Part shown: piece by piece, positions 27,254 to 36,517 of the stretch
Position numbering within the stretch: the first letter of the stretch is position 1
How the letters are laid out: every line of letters starts with the position of its first letter
From: a virus
Lineage: Duplodnaviria; Caudoviricetes
DNA length: 64,000 nucleotides
IMG/VR virus record: IMGVR_UViG_3300045049_000504
Location: 1,119 to 65,118 of that record
Reading direction: 5' to 3' (one strand)
The notes under the pieces: model-generated
Databases searched by the model: none
Seen by the model: only the letters and a program-made list of their open reading frames with translations
Told to the model about the DNA's origin: nothing
Translations under genes and position numbers: made by a program

Positions 27254-28948
27254 TTACTCGGCCGTCTCGGCCAGGTCGGGGTGTTCGGCGCGGACGACGC
27301 GCTCGGCGGCGAGCAGCCGGTGGAACATGATCGGGCGGTGCGCGGCGGGCAGCAGCTTGTCCACCTTCGCCATCGTCACCGGGTCCTTCGACTCGGCCAT
27401 CTCGTTCACCTTGTCGGCGAACGCGCTGTCGGTCTCGACGAAGCGGCCGAACGGGGTCTTGACCTCGCGCGGCTTCGGGGCACCGTTGCTGAACTCGCGC
27501 GCGCCGCCGTGCGCCGGGGGCGCGCCGATGGGGCCGCCCTGGTTGCTGGCGCGGTCGAAGAGGTGCGCGGGCGCGCCGCTCCTCGGCAGCAGCGCCGCGA
27601 CGGTGCGCTGGGCGGCGTCGAAGTTGCTGCGGGCGAACGCGATGAGGTCGCCGCGGTTCTCCGCCGGGTAGCCGCCGCGGACGGCGGCGTCGGCGAGCGC
27701 GACGCACTTCCGCTCGCGCTCGGCCTCGGCGGCCTTGGCGCGGTCGGCCTCGGTGCGCTCGAACGTCGCGACGCGCTTGGAGAGCGAGGCGATGGTCGCC
27801 TGCATCGCGGCCATCTGAGCCTTCTCGCCTTCCTTCTTCTCGTCGTCGGCGTCCATCGTCGCGGCGTCGTCCTCGAACTTCGACATGCGCTTGAAGTTCG
27901 AGGCCATCTTCGACATCTTCGCCGCGAACGACTTCGCCTCGTCGTCGTCCTCGAACTTCGACATCTCCGACGCCATCTCCTCGAGCTTGGCCGCCTCTTC
28001 CTCGTACTGGAAGGCCTCTTCCTCCATGGCCTCCTGCGCGAGCTTGGCGAGCCGGGCCGAGAGGCCCGTCTTGATGGCGGCGTCGTCGGCTCCCTCGGCC
28101 GCGCCGGCGAACTTCGCGTACTTCTGGAACTTGGGCATGGTGCCCTCCTTCTGAGCCGGCGCGGAGCCGGCGGGTGAACTGTGCTGCTGGGCCTTCGACG
28201 CCTCGATGGCGGCGAGCTGCCTCTCGGCGCCCTCGCGCGTGTCGTGGGTGCCGAGCACGCGGTCGCCGCTCTCGGGCAGGACGACGAATTTCCCGTCGCG
28301 CTGCTCGATGCGCATCGTCACGTGCTCGGGTCGGCCGTCCGGTGTCGCGGTCACGTCGTCGAGGCGCTGTGCCTGGCCGAACGTGATCTGCGTCTCACCC
28401 TGCCACGGCGTGTTGGTCGCGGCGACGGCGGCGAGCGCGTACCCGATCTCCGTCCCGTCGCGCTTGGTGGCGTGCGACATGAACGTCGGCGAGACGTACT
28501 TGAAGTTCGGGAGCAGCTGCTGCCCCAGCTCCGTCACCTCGCAGCGGTACGCCCACAGGCCCTCGCGCGAGAGGTCGAGACCGTCCTCGGTGCCCGACGC
28601 GACGACGTCGCGCGCGCAACCGAGTTTGATGACCTGGCCGCCCGCGACGATGGCGAGCGCGCCGTACCAGGCGAGCGCCGGCGCAGGCTGACCGTTGACG
28701 TGCGAGTAATTACTCTGGTGGTTGTAGTCCAGCGGGATCTGGTCGCCGCGCTCGACGAAGTTGTCCACCATCTCCGACAGCGTCTTGACGGAGAACTCGG
28801 TGTGCTGGCCGTCCTTCTCGTCGACGCCGGGCACGCACACGCGGTCCCACACGCCGGCGCGGACGCGCCCGTCGGCGCCCCGCAGCGACGCGTCGAACTC
28901 GCCGCAGCGCGCGCGCCGCAGCCAGCGTTCGAACTTAGTCAGGGCCAT
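27254..28948 (-). CDS. Mu gpI-like prohead protease plus nested scaffold (internal start 28138)
   Basis: IPLDYNHQS..APALAW, YVSPTF, AATNTP motifs; acidic coiled-coil C-terminal half; internal SD AAGGAGG. Confidence 0.85.
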   Translation of the reverse strand: MALTKFERWLRRARCGEFDASLRGADGRVRAGVWDRVCVPGVDEKDGQHTEFSVKTLSEMVDNFVERGDQIPLDYNHQSNYSHVNGQPAPALAWYGALAIVAGGQVIKLGCARDVVASGTEDGLDLSREGLWAYRCEVTELGQQLLPNFKYVSPTFMSHATKRDGTEIGYALAAVAATNTPWQGETQITFGQAQRLDDVTATPDGRPEHVTMRIEQRDGKFVVLPESGDRVLGTHDTREGAERQLAAIEASKAQQHSSPAGSAPAQKEGTMPKFQKYAKFAGAAEGADDAAIKTGLSARLAKLAQEAMEEEAFQYEEEAAKLEEMASEMSKFEDDDEAKSFAAKMSKMASNFKRMSKFEDDAATMDADDEKKEGEKAQMAAMQATIASLSKRVATFERTEADRAKAAEAERERKCVALADAAVRGGYPAENRGDLIAFARSNFDAAQRTVAALLPRSGAPAHLFDRASNQGGPIGAPPAHGGAREFSNGAPKPREVKTPFGRFVETDSAFADKVNEMAESKDPVTMAKVDKLLPAAHRPIMFHRLLAAERVVRAEHPDLAETAE

Positions 28949-28951
28949 CGG

Positions 28952-29398
28952 CTAGCCGTTGATCCAGACTTCGAACTTGTACGCGGTCGACGCACCGAAG
29001 GTCGGCGTGCCCTGGCTCACGGCCTTGAAGACGAGGCTGGTCGCGGTGCTCGCCGCGCGGTCGTAGTAGACCGACATCGCCTGCGAGCCGCCGACGAGGC
29101 CGCCGGCCTCGAGCAGCGCCATCGCCGAGTTGGACGGCTCGACGCTGCAGAACGGGGCGGCCTGAAAGAGACCCGTCGGGGCGGTCAGCGTGAAGAGCGT
29201 GACCGGCGTCGAGGCGGTAAACGCGGACGGGGCCGAGCCGGTGGTGACGGTCAACTCGAGCGCCATGCCCGAACCGGCGACGATGGCGGCGGCGGGGCCG
29301 GTGCCGAGCTGCGCGGCGTTGCCGACGGCGACGGTCGGCGCGGGGCCCGAGCCGATGAGCGCCGGGCGGATGACGGGCTTGTTCGCTGCGTCGTTCAT
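28952..29398 (-). CDS. Hypothetical virion protein
   Basis: Between portal and protease; Ala/Gly/Thr-rich beta composition. Confidence 0.6.
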   Translation of the reverse strand: MNDAANKPVIRPALIGSGPAPTVAVGNAAQLGTGPAAAIVAGSGMALELTVTTGSAPSAFTASTPVTLFTLTAPTGLFQAAPFCSVEPSNSAMALLEAGGLVGGSQAMSVYYDRAASTATSLVFKAVSQGTPTFGASTAYKFEVWING

Positions 29399-29411
29399 AG
29401 GTGTAGGCTCC

Positions 29412-31052
29412 TCACTCGTCGTCGTCGGCTTCTTCCGACGCGGTTGCGATCGCGTGCGCCGCGGTCGCGGCGTTCGCCTTGGCTGTCTGTTCTGCGGCGA
29501 CGTCGGGGTTGACCGTGCCGCCGGGCTTGTCCGCCGCGTCGGCGGAGGTCATCAGCGCCCCGCCCTTGGCGACGGCCTGCGCCTCGCCGCGGATGCGGTC
29601 GTCGTCGTCGACGGCGCGCGGCCAGTCGATGCGGTCGAGCGCGCCCTCGATGGAGAGCGGCAGCCCGAGCCGGTTAACGTAGATGTCGGCGGCCTGCGCT
29701 TCAACCAACGGGTCCGACTCGCGCGGGACTCGGTGCTTGCCGCGCGGCACGCGGCGCGCGAGCAGCTCGGGCGTGACCTCGCGGTAACCGGCGGCGTTGA
29801 GCGCGTCGGCAAGCCGCTCCGCGTTGAAGAGGACCAGCGGCTCGGTGAGCTGCTCGTCGATACGCTCCCACATGCGCCCGACGTCGTTCTCTTCCTTGCT
29901 GTACTTCACGTCGGCGTGCGTGTCGCTCGCGGCGAAGCTGCCGACGTTGCCGATCTTGGTGGTCAGCGTCGCGCCGAGCACGCGGATCGACTGGCCGGCG
30001 TCGCACGCGTCGGAGAGCGCCGAGGCGGGGTCGTTCGAGCGGCCGCCCTGCGGCGGGTCCTTGATCTCGATCTCGCCGCCGTCCTTCGGGAGGATCGCGC
30101 CCTTGCCCTGGCCGAGCGAGTTCAGGATGTCCTGGTAGCTGGCCTGATACTCGGGGTACTGCGCGATGTCGGAGTCGTAGCGGATGATCGGCACCGGCAG
30201 CGAGAAGCGGTCGACGTGCGTCGCCCACGCGGCCCAGCCGGCGGAGCGGAACATCGAGTACCAGACGCACTGCCAGGCGTGCCCGCGCCGCGCCTTGATG
30301 GGGTGCAGCCCGTCGCCGTCCATGAAAACGAACTTGCCGAGCGGGAGCGGCTGGTACGTGTTGCCGAGCCAGAACAGCGGGTCGTCCGACTCGAGGTCGA
30401 ACCGGAAGTGCTTCGGGTGGACGTTGTGGAGCCGCTTCGGCAGCACGACGTCGACCGGCCCGATGGTCTCGCCCTTCGGGCCTGGGAACCACACCCGCGT
30501 CTCGTGCCACTCGACCTCGACGGCCGAGTAGCCGTAGAGGTTCGAGTAGAGCAGCCAGCCGAGCCCGTCGCGCCAGCGCGAGACGTGCCCGTAAGCCTCG
30601 GCGACGAAGTTGCGCATCGCCGTGCCGGCGTCGTCGGGCGCGGCGCGCGTCAGACGCCAGGTACCCTTGATGCAGTCCTCGACGCGCTGGTTCGTGACGG
30701 CGGCGTAGTGCCCGTCGCGCGAGTAGATCTGGTCGACCAGCTCGACCCACTTGTACGGGATGCCGCTCGCGACCGCATCGCGCTGCGCCGAGACGATGAC
30801 GGCCGGCGTGAGCCCGTCGCCGGGCCACAGTGCCCAACGCGTGCGGGCGGGCCCGGCGAGCGGCGAGACGCGCGACTCGTACACGCCCCACGACTCGAGC
30901 ACGCGGCGCGTTTTCGCGTCGGGCGGCTGCTGGCCGTAGTGGGCGGCGCCGGGGATGTCGGCGACGCGCGTCGTCTCGGGGCCGCGGAAGGCGCGGACCG
31001 CGGCCTCGAGGCCGGCGGACGCGCGCTCGAACAAGGTAGGCCGTCGGGCCAC
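29412..31052 (-). CDS. Portal protein (DUF935 / Mu gp29-like)
   Basis: RDGHYAAV..QR, LYGYSAVEVEW, DRFSLPVPI, SIRVLGATLTT..GSFA..THADV. Confidence 0.9.
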   Translation of the reverse strand: MARRPTLFERASAGLEAAVRAFRGPETTRVADIPGAAHYGQQPPDAKTRRVLESWGVYESRVSPLAGPARTRWALWPGDGLTPAVIVSAQRDAVASGIPYKWVELVDQIYSRDGHYAAVTNQRVEDCIKGTWRLTRAAPDDAGTAMRNFVAEAYGHVSRWRDGLGWLLYSNLYGYSAVEVEWHETRVWFPGPKGETIGPVDVVLPKRLHNVHPKHFRFDLESDDPLFWLGNTYQPLPLGKFVFMDGDGLHPIKARRGHAWQCVWYSMFRSAGWAAWATHVDRFSLPVPIIRYDSDIAQYPEYQASYQDILNSLGQGKGAILPKDGGEIEIKDPPQGGRSNDPASALSDACDAGQSIRVLGATLTTKIGNVGSFAASDTHADVKYSKEENDVGRMWERIDEQLTEPLVLFNAERLADALNAAGYREVTPELLARRVPRGKHRVPRESDPLVEAQAADIYVNRLGLPLSIEGALDRIDWPRAVDDDDRIRGEAQAVAKGGALMTSADAADKPGGTVNPDVAAEQTAKANAATAAHAIATASEEADDDE

Positions 31053-31060
31053 GGGTCACC

Positions 31061-32683
31061 TCACAGGATGCGGGGCCCGCGCGGGGCGATGTCCAGGGCG
31101 CGGATGCTGCCCTTGGGCGGCGGTTCGCCGCGGCGGCCGGGCTTCGGCTCGAGCCGCCAGACCGCGTAGCACGCGGCGTCGAGGATGTGGGCGAGCTGCC
31201 CCTTCGGCACGCGCGTGCCGGTCTCGGTCTTGCGCAGCTGGCACTTCGCGAACGACGTGGCCAGCCAGGTGCACTCGGGCGCGACGCGGATGCGGCGGGC
31301 CTGCATGAGGCGCTGCATGAGCCCGAGGCGCTGTCCGACGTCGGGGTTGCGCGGCCGCTCGCTGCTGGAGCCCTTGACGATCTCGGCCGGCACGACGTAC
31401 CAGCCCTCGGCCTCGAGCAGCGAGAACGACGTGCGACCCTTGATGCGCTCGGCACCCTGCCACGAACCCGAGCAGTCGCCGACGATCATCGCCGACCGCT
31501 GCTCGCCGGACTTCTGCCGGTAGGCGTGCGGGTCGCCGAGGAGGTCCGTCGACAGCTCGACCTCGGTGCCGACGGTGCCGACGGTGTCGACGAACCAGTA
31601 GACCGGCAGCTCGCAGTCGGGGACCTTGAGCACGCGGAGCACCGCGGCCGCCTGGGGCTTGCGCTGGAAGTCGGCGCCGACGACGTGCTCGAACGCGCGA
31701 CCGAACTCCTTGCGCGTCACCGACGGCGTCAGGTCCGTGAGCCCGATGTCGGGGAGCGGCGCGATGAGCGACTTGTCCCACGCCGGGCACGCGAGGTCGC
31801 CCCACCGCCGCCAGGTGCCCTCGGCGTCGCCGTCGGCCATGTCGGGGTCGATCTTCGCGGCGATCTTCGCGACGCGCTGGCGCGCCGGCTGGTCGACCTT
31901 CGTGTTCTGCTTGGACGAGAAGTTGAAGTAGCGCGCGATGCGCTTGATCTCCTTGTCGTCCTGGATGCCGTCGTACAGGTCGCGCAGCCAGTCGCCGTCG
32001 GGCCCGTCGGGCGGGTTCGCCGCGAGCACGCACAGGCCGCCGGCGTCCGACGTGCCGTAGAGCCCGTTCTTGATGGCCTTCGGGCTCATCTTCTGCGGCT
32101 CGTTGTAGAGCAGGAAGTCGACGCGGCCCTGCTTGAGGCTGGCCGGGTCGTCGGCGGAGAGGTTGCGCAGGTACGACCCGTGCGGGAAGATGTAGCGGAA
32201 CTCCGGCGCGCGCTGCGTGCGCAGGAACCCGTCGGGGAGGCGCTGGATCAGCTGGTCCAGCTCGTCGCGCTCCTTGTAGGTGCGCGAGATGACCCAGCCG
32301 ATCGTCGGCATGCCCGACGGCAACCGCGGCACGTCGACGAGCGCGGCGACCGTGCAGAAGAGCGTGTCGAACGTCTTGCCGCCGCGTCGGTCGCCGGCGA
32401 CGAGCGCGAGGCTCACGTCCCGCGGGTAGCCCTCGCGGTAGTCGCGCAGGAACTCGGCGAACCAGCACGTGAACGCGACCTGGCTCTCCTCGAGCCGGAT
32501 GACGACGACGCTCTCGGGCTCACGCTCGCAGAACCGTCCGTCGAGGTGGTCCCACACGCCGCCGGCGAAGAGCAGCGTCTCGTCGTCCTTGTCGCGCACG
32601 AGCGCGAGCGCGAGGTCGCGGTAGCGCGCCTCACCGGAGAGGCGCGACTCGACCTCGCCGAGCCTGTCTCGGAGCGAGGGCAT
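31061..32683 (-). CDS. terL: Terminase large subunit
   Basis: Walker A-like GDRRGGKT, SADDPASLKQG, nuclease GADF and HILDAACY; directly upstream of the portal. Confidence 0.85.
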   Translation of the reverse strand: MPSLRDRLGEVESRLSGEARYRDLALALVRDKDDETLLFAGGVWDHLDGRFCEREPESVVVIRLEESQVAFTCWFAEFLRDYREGYPRDVSLALVAGDRRGGKTFDTLFCTVAALVDVPRLPSGMPTIGWVISRTYKERDELDQLIQRLPDGFLRTQRAPEFRYIFPHGSYLRNLSADDPASLKQGRVDFLLYNEPQKMSPKAIKNGLYGTSDAGGLCVLAANPPDGPDGDWLRDLYDGIQDDKEIKRIARYFNFSSKQNTKVDQPARQRVAKIAAKIDPDMADGDAEGTWRRWGDLACPAWDKSLIAPLPDIGLTDLTPSVTRKEFGRAFEHVVGADFQRKPQAAAVLRVLKVPDCELPVYWFVDTVGTVGTEVELSTDLLGDPHAYRQKSGEQRSAMIVGDCSGSWQGAERIKGRTSFSLLEAEGWYVVPAEIVKGSSSERPRNPDVGQRLGLMQRLMQARRIRVAPECTWLATSFAKCQLRKTETGTRVPKGQLAHILDAACYAVWRLEPKPGRRGEPPPKGSIRALDIAPRGPRIL

Positions 32684-32719
32684 GCGGCGACCTCCGCGGC
32701 CGCCGCGTAGGAGGCCGGA

Positions 32720-33220
32720 CTACTTGGTGGGTTCGTCTGGCGGCAGCGCGTCGGGCGGGATGGCCCGCGGTCCCGGCGGGGCGGCGCCGCGCGCGGTCGG
32801 TGGGCGCTTGACCTTCGCGCCGGACTCGACGCGGGCGATATTATTGCCGGTGTCGGCGCGCTGCTTGAGCGCGGCCTCGAGCTTCTTGACCTTCGCCTCG
32901 AGCTGCGCGCGGTTCGACGTCATGCCGACGACGGCGCTCATCTCTTTCAGAGAGCGCCAGCACTCGCGCTGCCGCGGCGTCGGCTTCGGCGTCGTCACCA
33001 TCTGCTTCAGCGCGATGAGCTGGAGCTTGCGGACGTAGTCGAGGTCCTGACCGGGGTTCTCGAGGTCGGGCGCACCCGCGCTCTTGAACTCCTCGGCCCA
33101 CGCGCCGTCGTCGGGCGACGCGGCCTCCTCGGCTGCCTCGGCCTTCTCGCGGGCGCGGCGGCGCCCAGCGGCGCCGGACTTCGTCGAGCGGCCCTCTTCA
33201 TCGAGATCGTCGGCGCTCAC
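32720..33220 (-). CDS. Putative terminase small subunit
   Basis: Position directly upstream of terL; helical, coiled-coil content. Confidence 0.5.
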   Translation of the reverse strand: MSADDLDEEGRSTKSGAAGRRRAREKAEAAEEAASPDDGAWAEEFKSAGAPDLENPGQDLDYVRKLQLIALKQMVTTPKPTPRQRECWRSLKEMSAVVGMTSNRAQLEAKVKKLEAALKQRADTGNNIARVESGAKVKRPPTARGAAPPGPRAIPPDALPPDEPTK

Positions 33221-34104
33221 CGGAGGACTGCCCGCCCGAGCGCGTCGAAGCTCGCGACCCGGCGGCCGGCGCCGTCGCACACGCCGCCGTGCGCGCGGTG
33301 CTCGCCGAGCGAGCCGCGCGACATCGCGACGGAGCGCGAGCAGTACGGGCACAGGGCCGACGTCGCGGACATGACGGCGTACTGGGCGGCGGCCGCCTCG
33401 TCGCCCGACGGGTCGACGCAGACCTCGACGCCGCCGTCGGGCGCGACCTTGACCTCGGTGAGGTCCATCCGCTGCCAACGACCTGCCATACCCTCGCGTA
33501 CCGCAACAACGCGGCCGCGTCCCTTGCCGTGGTTCGTTCCGTCGGAGGTCGTCTCGCCGCGGATTGTGATCTCGGCGCCCTTCGGGGCAGCAGAGTCAGC
33601 TGCGCGCATCGCGCCGTCAACTGTATTGGACTCCCATGATCCGAGTTCGTTGCCGCGGTGGCCGACAGCCTTCGCGACGAACGTTTCCATCATTGCCATC
33701 TTCTGGACCTTCGTCGGGTGGACCGAGACGACCTTGCCGCTGTCGGTGCGGTACTGGACGTTGCTCTCGTTCGGCTCGCCGATCACGGTCCCGACGGCAC
33801 GATCCGTGAGGTCGCGCACGCGGTCACCGGGTTTGAAACTCGCCATGGTCGTTGCCTCCATGCGCTGACAGTCGTCGGCCAGCCCACGCCAAGCGTACCC
33901 CGAATCTTCCTTGACGACGACGTACCGCGACGCGACGGACTCGACGGTGCCGACGTCGCCGTTGGGCGTGCGGACGCGGTCGCCGCGCTTGAGGTCGGCG
34001 TCGAAAGTCTGCGACATCTTCTGCTCCTGCGCGCTAACCCAGGCCTCGGCACTCGACTTCGAGAAGAACTCGCCGGCGTCGCGGTCGTTCTGGTTGTCGC
34101 GCAC
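33217..34104 (-). CDS. Multi-module protein with two KOW/SH3-like repeats (possible true start 34189 via frameshift)
   Basis: LKRGDRVR..GDVGTV and FKPGDRVR..AVGTV repeats; C-terminal CPYC..H..C. Confidence 0.65.
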   Translation of the reverse strand: MRDNQNDRDAGEFFSKSSAEAWVSAQEQKMSQTFDADLKRGDRVRTPNGDVGTVESVASRYVVVKEDSGYAWRGLADDCQRMEATTMASFKPGDRVRDLTDRAVGTVIGEPNESNVQYRTDSGKVVSVHPTKVQKMAMMETFVAKAVGHRGNELGSWESNTVDGAMRAADSAAPKGAEITIRGETTSDGTNHGKGRGRVVAVREGMAGRWQRMDLTEVKVAPDGGVEVCVDPSGDEAAAAQYAVMSATSALCPYCSRSVAMSRGSLGEHRAHGGVCDGAGRRVASFDALGRAVLR

Positions 34105-34348
34105 GACCCCAGACGAGGCCGCCGCGCTGGTTGACGTCCGTTCGCCACGGCGCGCGTCGCTCAGTTCGTCTGATCGTGTAGCGTGTCATCTTCTGCTCCG
34201 CGGCCGCGCGGCCGAGAAATGTAGTTTCGCCTGCCCCTTAGGCCAGGTGGCTATCGCAAAGGCGGCCGCACCCTGGGCTGTTCCCTCGGAGCCTGATAAT
34301 TTTCGCGCAAGCTCGTGAGGTGTGGGCGACGGGCGAGCATTGTAAGGT

Positions 34349-34555
34349 CTAGCGCTTCGCGCGGTAATCGTCGACGGAGAACGCGCCGCGCTCTCGCTTC
34401 ACGGCGTCGAGCTGACGCATCCCGGCGAGCATGTGGTAGACGTGCCCGCGCTGAAACTCGCGGCAGCGGGCGTCGCTCTCGCGCAACTGCTCCATCCGCT
34501 CGTCGCGCTCGCGCAACTTCGCGTCGAAGATGGAGCCCGCGCCCGCGGCGCTCAC
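34349..34555 (-). CDS. Hypothetical protein
   Basis: GTGA overlap with the upstream gene. Confidence 0.45.
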   Translation of the reverse strand: MSAAGAGSIFDAKLRERDERMEQLRESDARCREFQRGHVYHMLAGMRQLDAVKRERGAFSVDDYRAKR

Positions 34556-34929
34556 AGGCGGCTCACGCCCGCGACGCGCGCGGTCGGGGTGCCCGAGGTG
34601 TAGGCGGTGCAGTTGAGGCGCACCCACGCGGCCGGCTTCGTCACCTCGAGTGTGCCCGCGGTGGTGAGCGCGGCGCCTTCGTTCTGCCACGAGGCGGCGG
34701 CCGGGGTGGCTGAGGTGTCGAGGCTGATCTGCACCTGGTAGGTCGCGGTGAACGTGCCCTCGATGCTGATCGTCTTGCGCTCGAGCGTGCCGACGGCCGT
34801 GGCGGCGCCGGCGCTGACCGAGGTCGGCGCGGCGAGCGTCTGGAAGACGAGCAGCCCCGCCGACGCGGTCGCGGCGACGAGCAGCACGATGAGAACGGCG
34901 ACGGCGGCGACAGCGTTCTTGCGGGTCAT
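34552..34929 (-). CDS. Signal-peptide-bearing beta-sandwich protein
   Basis: MTRKNAVAAVAVLIVLLVAATASA signal; GTFTATYQVQISLD..W..WVRLNCTAYTSGT; SD GGAGG. Confidence 0.7.
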   Translation of the reverse strand: MTRKNAVAAVAVLIVLLVAATASAGLLVFQTLAAPTSVSAGAATAVGTLERKTISIEGTFTATYQVQISLDTSATPAAASWQNEGAALTTAGTLEVTKPAAWVRLNCTAYTSGTPTARVAGVSRL

Positions 34930-34991
34930 ATCTTCCTCCGACGGAAGGAAAGTGGCCCCGACGCGCGCCGGACCAGGCCCGCGGGCAGCGG

Positions 34992-35603
34992 TCAATCGGC
35001 GGCGTCGGGGTAGAAGTTGCGGGGGTAGGTGACGCGGAGGTGCGGTTCGTCGAGCGCGCACAGCGCCTCGGCGTTCTGGCGCGCGAGCCCGCGGCACGTC
35101 TTGCCGAGCCACTCCGTCGAGCCGAGGTCGTACCCCAGCTCGTCGCGCGTGAACCAGCGCGGCGGCTCGAACTCGTCTATCGGCGGCGAGGCGCCGCACC
35201 GCCACTCGAACCAGGCGGCATTCACAATTGCCTGGTCTGTGGGGTTCATATATAGGCGCCCAGAATCGACCAAATCGGCCTCTTCTGGCTCTGCGACTTG
35301 GTCTAAGCCTCTGTAACGATAGAGCTTTAGCAGCAGGAGTTCTTCGTGGATCTCGGAGACCCTCGAGCGACTCACGTCACAGGCGGCGGCGATCTCGGCG
35401 TGGGTCGCGTCCGACGCGCCGATGCGGACGCGCGCGAGCGCCGCCACGATGAGAGCCCGACGCGGGTCGAGCGTCTCGACGTCGAGCGGTTCGACGCCGC
35501 GACCGCACACCCAGCCGACGTTGGCCTGATCGGCGCGGCAGCGCGCGCACACGAAGTGCGTGCCGTACGCGTCCGCGCAGACCTCGCAGCGCGGGTCGCT
35601 CAC
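34992..35603 (-). CDS. Zn-finger + HTH protein (candidate regulator)
   Basis: CEVC..CARC; HTH ATHAEIAAACDVSRSRVSEI. Confidence 0.6.
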   Translation of the reverse strand: MSDPRCEVCADAYGTHFVCARCRADQANVGWVCGRGVEPLDVETLDPRRALIVAALARVRIGASDATHAEIAAACDVSRSRVSEIHEELLLLKLYRYRGLDQVAEPEEADLVDSGRLYMNPTDQAIVNAAWFEWRCGASPPIDEFEPPRWFTRDELGYDLGSTEWLGKTCRGLARQNAEALCALDEPHLRVTYPRNFYPDAAD

Positions 35604-35962
35604 TTGACGCGCCACTCGAGCTGCTCGAGCGCGCGCAGCAGCGGCTCGTCCACGTCCTCGACGAACGCCTCCTCACGCGACATCGGGATGACCTGGTTCG
35701 AGCACGCGTGCAGCAGCTCGTGCAAGAAGGTCGCCGCCTCCTTGCGCGGGTCGTCGTGCTCCGCGAGGTGGATCTCGCGCTTCGGCCCGCGCTTGAACCC
35801 GCTGGGGTACGTCACGCCCTCGAGGAACGACAGCTGGTTGCGCGCGCGCGCGTCCAGGGCGCCGTTGTACGGCTGCAGCTCGTGCTCGCGGACCACCAAC
35901 CAGCGCTTGCCGCGGATCAGCAGCTCGCGCGGTATTTCGAACGGTGCTCTGGGCTTGGCCAT
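35600..35962 (-). CDS. Small HExxH zincin-like metallopeptidase
   Basis: TFLHELLHA..EE.FV motif. Confidence 0.7.
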   Translation of the reverse strand: MAKPRAPFEIPRELLIRGKRWLVVREHELQPYNGALDARARNQLSFLEGVTYPSGFKRGPKREIHLAEHDDPRKEAATFLHELLHACSNQVIPMSREEAFVEDVDEPLLRALEQLEWRVK

Positions 35963-36029
35963 GCCGAACAACCTAGCCCGCGCTCGGGCGCGCGCCGCGC
36001 CTGGCGTTCGCGGTCTGCCCACGTTATGG

Positions 36030-36360
36030 GCGGTGCCGACCTGCGATCCAACCTCTTCGCGTAAGTCCTTGAAATTACTCGAGCGCCGACCAAGGTTGGA
36101 CTGGTTGGATCACGCGAAAAGCGAGCGATACCAACAACTTGTCCAACCTACGCCGACCTTGCGCGAAAACGGCCCCGCCTCTTATATACACCACTTTCGG
36201 GGGGTACTGGCTACCACTCTAGCCTCCCACCTCCCCACCCTTCACCTATAAACCTACTAAGAAAGAGGTTGGATCAAGGTTGGACGTTGGGCAGGTCCAG
36301 GTCGCGACTGATCTTTTTCGCGCGCCAACCTAGCACCAACCTCTCGAAAGGTTGGTTTCG
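36030..36360. repeat. Non-coding CCAACC/GGTTGG iteron-like array between the divergent arms (candidate origin)
   Basis: About 9 copies in both orientations, around an AT-richer core. Confidence 0.65.
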
Positions 36361-36517
36361 ACCGCTTCCGCGCTGGACGCGTCTCGGCGGCGAGCGCGCG
36401 CCGCGCCCTCCCCCTCTGTTTCACCGCGCAACGTTGGCTCAGGCGGCCCGCCGCGCTCGAGCGGCCCTACGGTAGGCGCGTACCGACCACGCTGACGCCT
36501 ATTAGAAGGAGGGCGCG

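Noticed and set aside
34190-34335. Possible ribozyme in the late leader
   Set aside because: No hammerhead CUGANGA core or other recognisable ribozyme consensus on either strand by eye.
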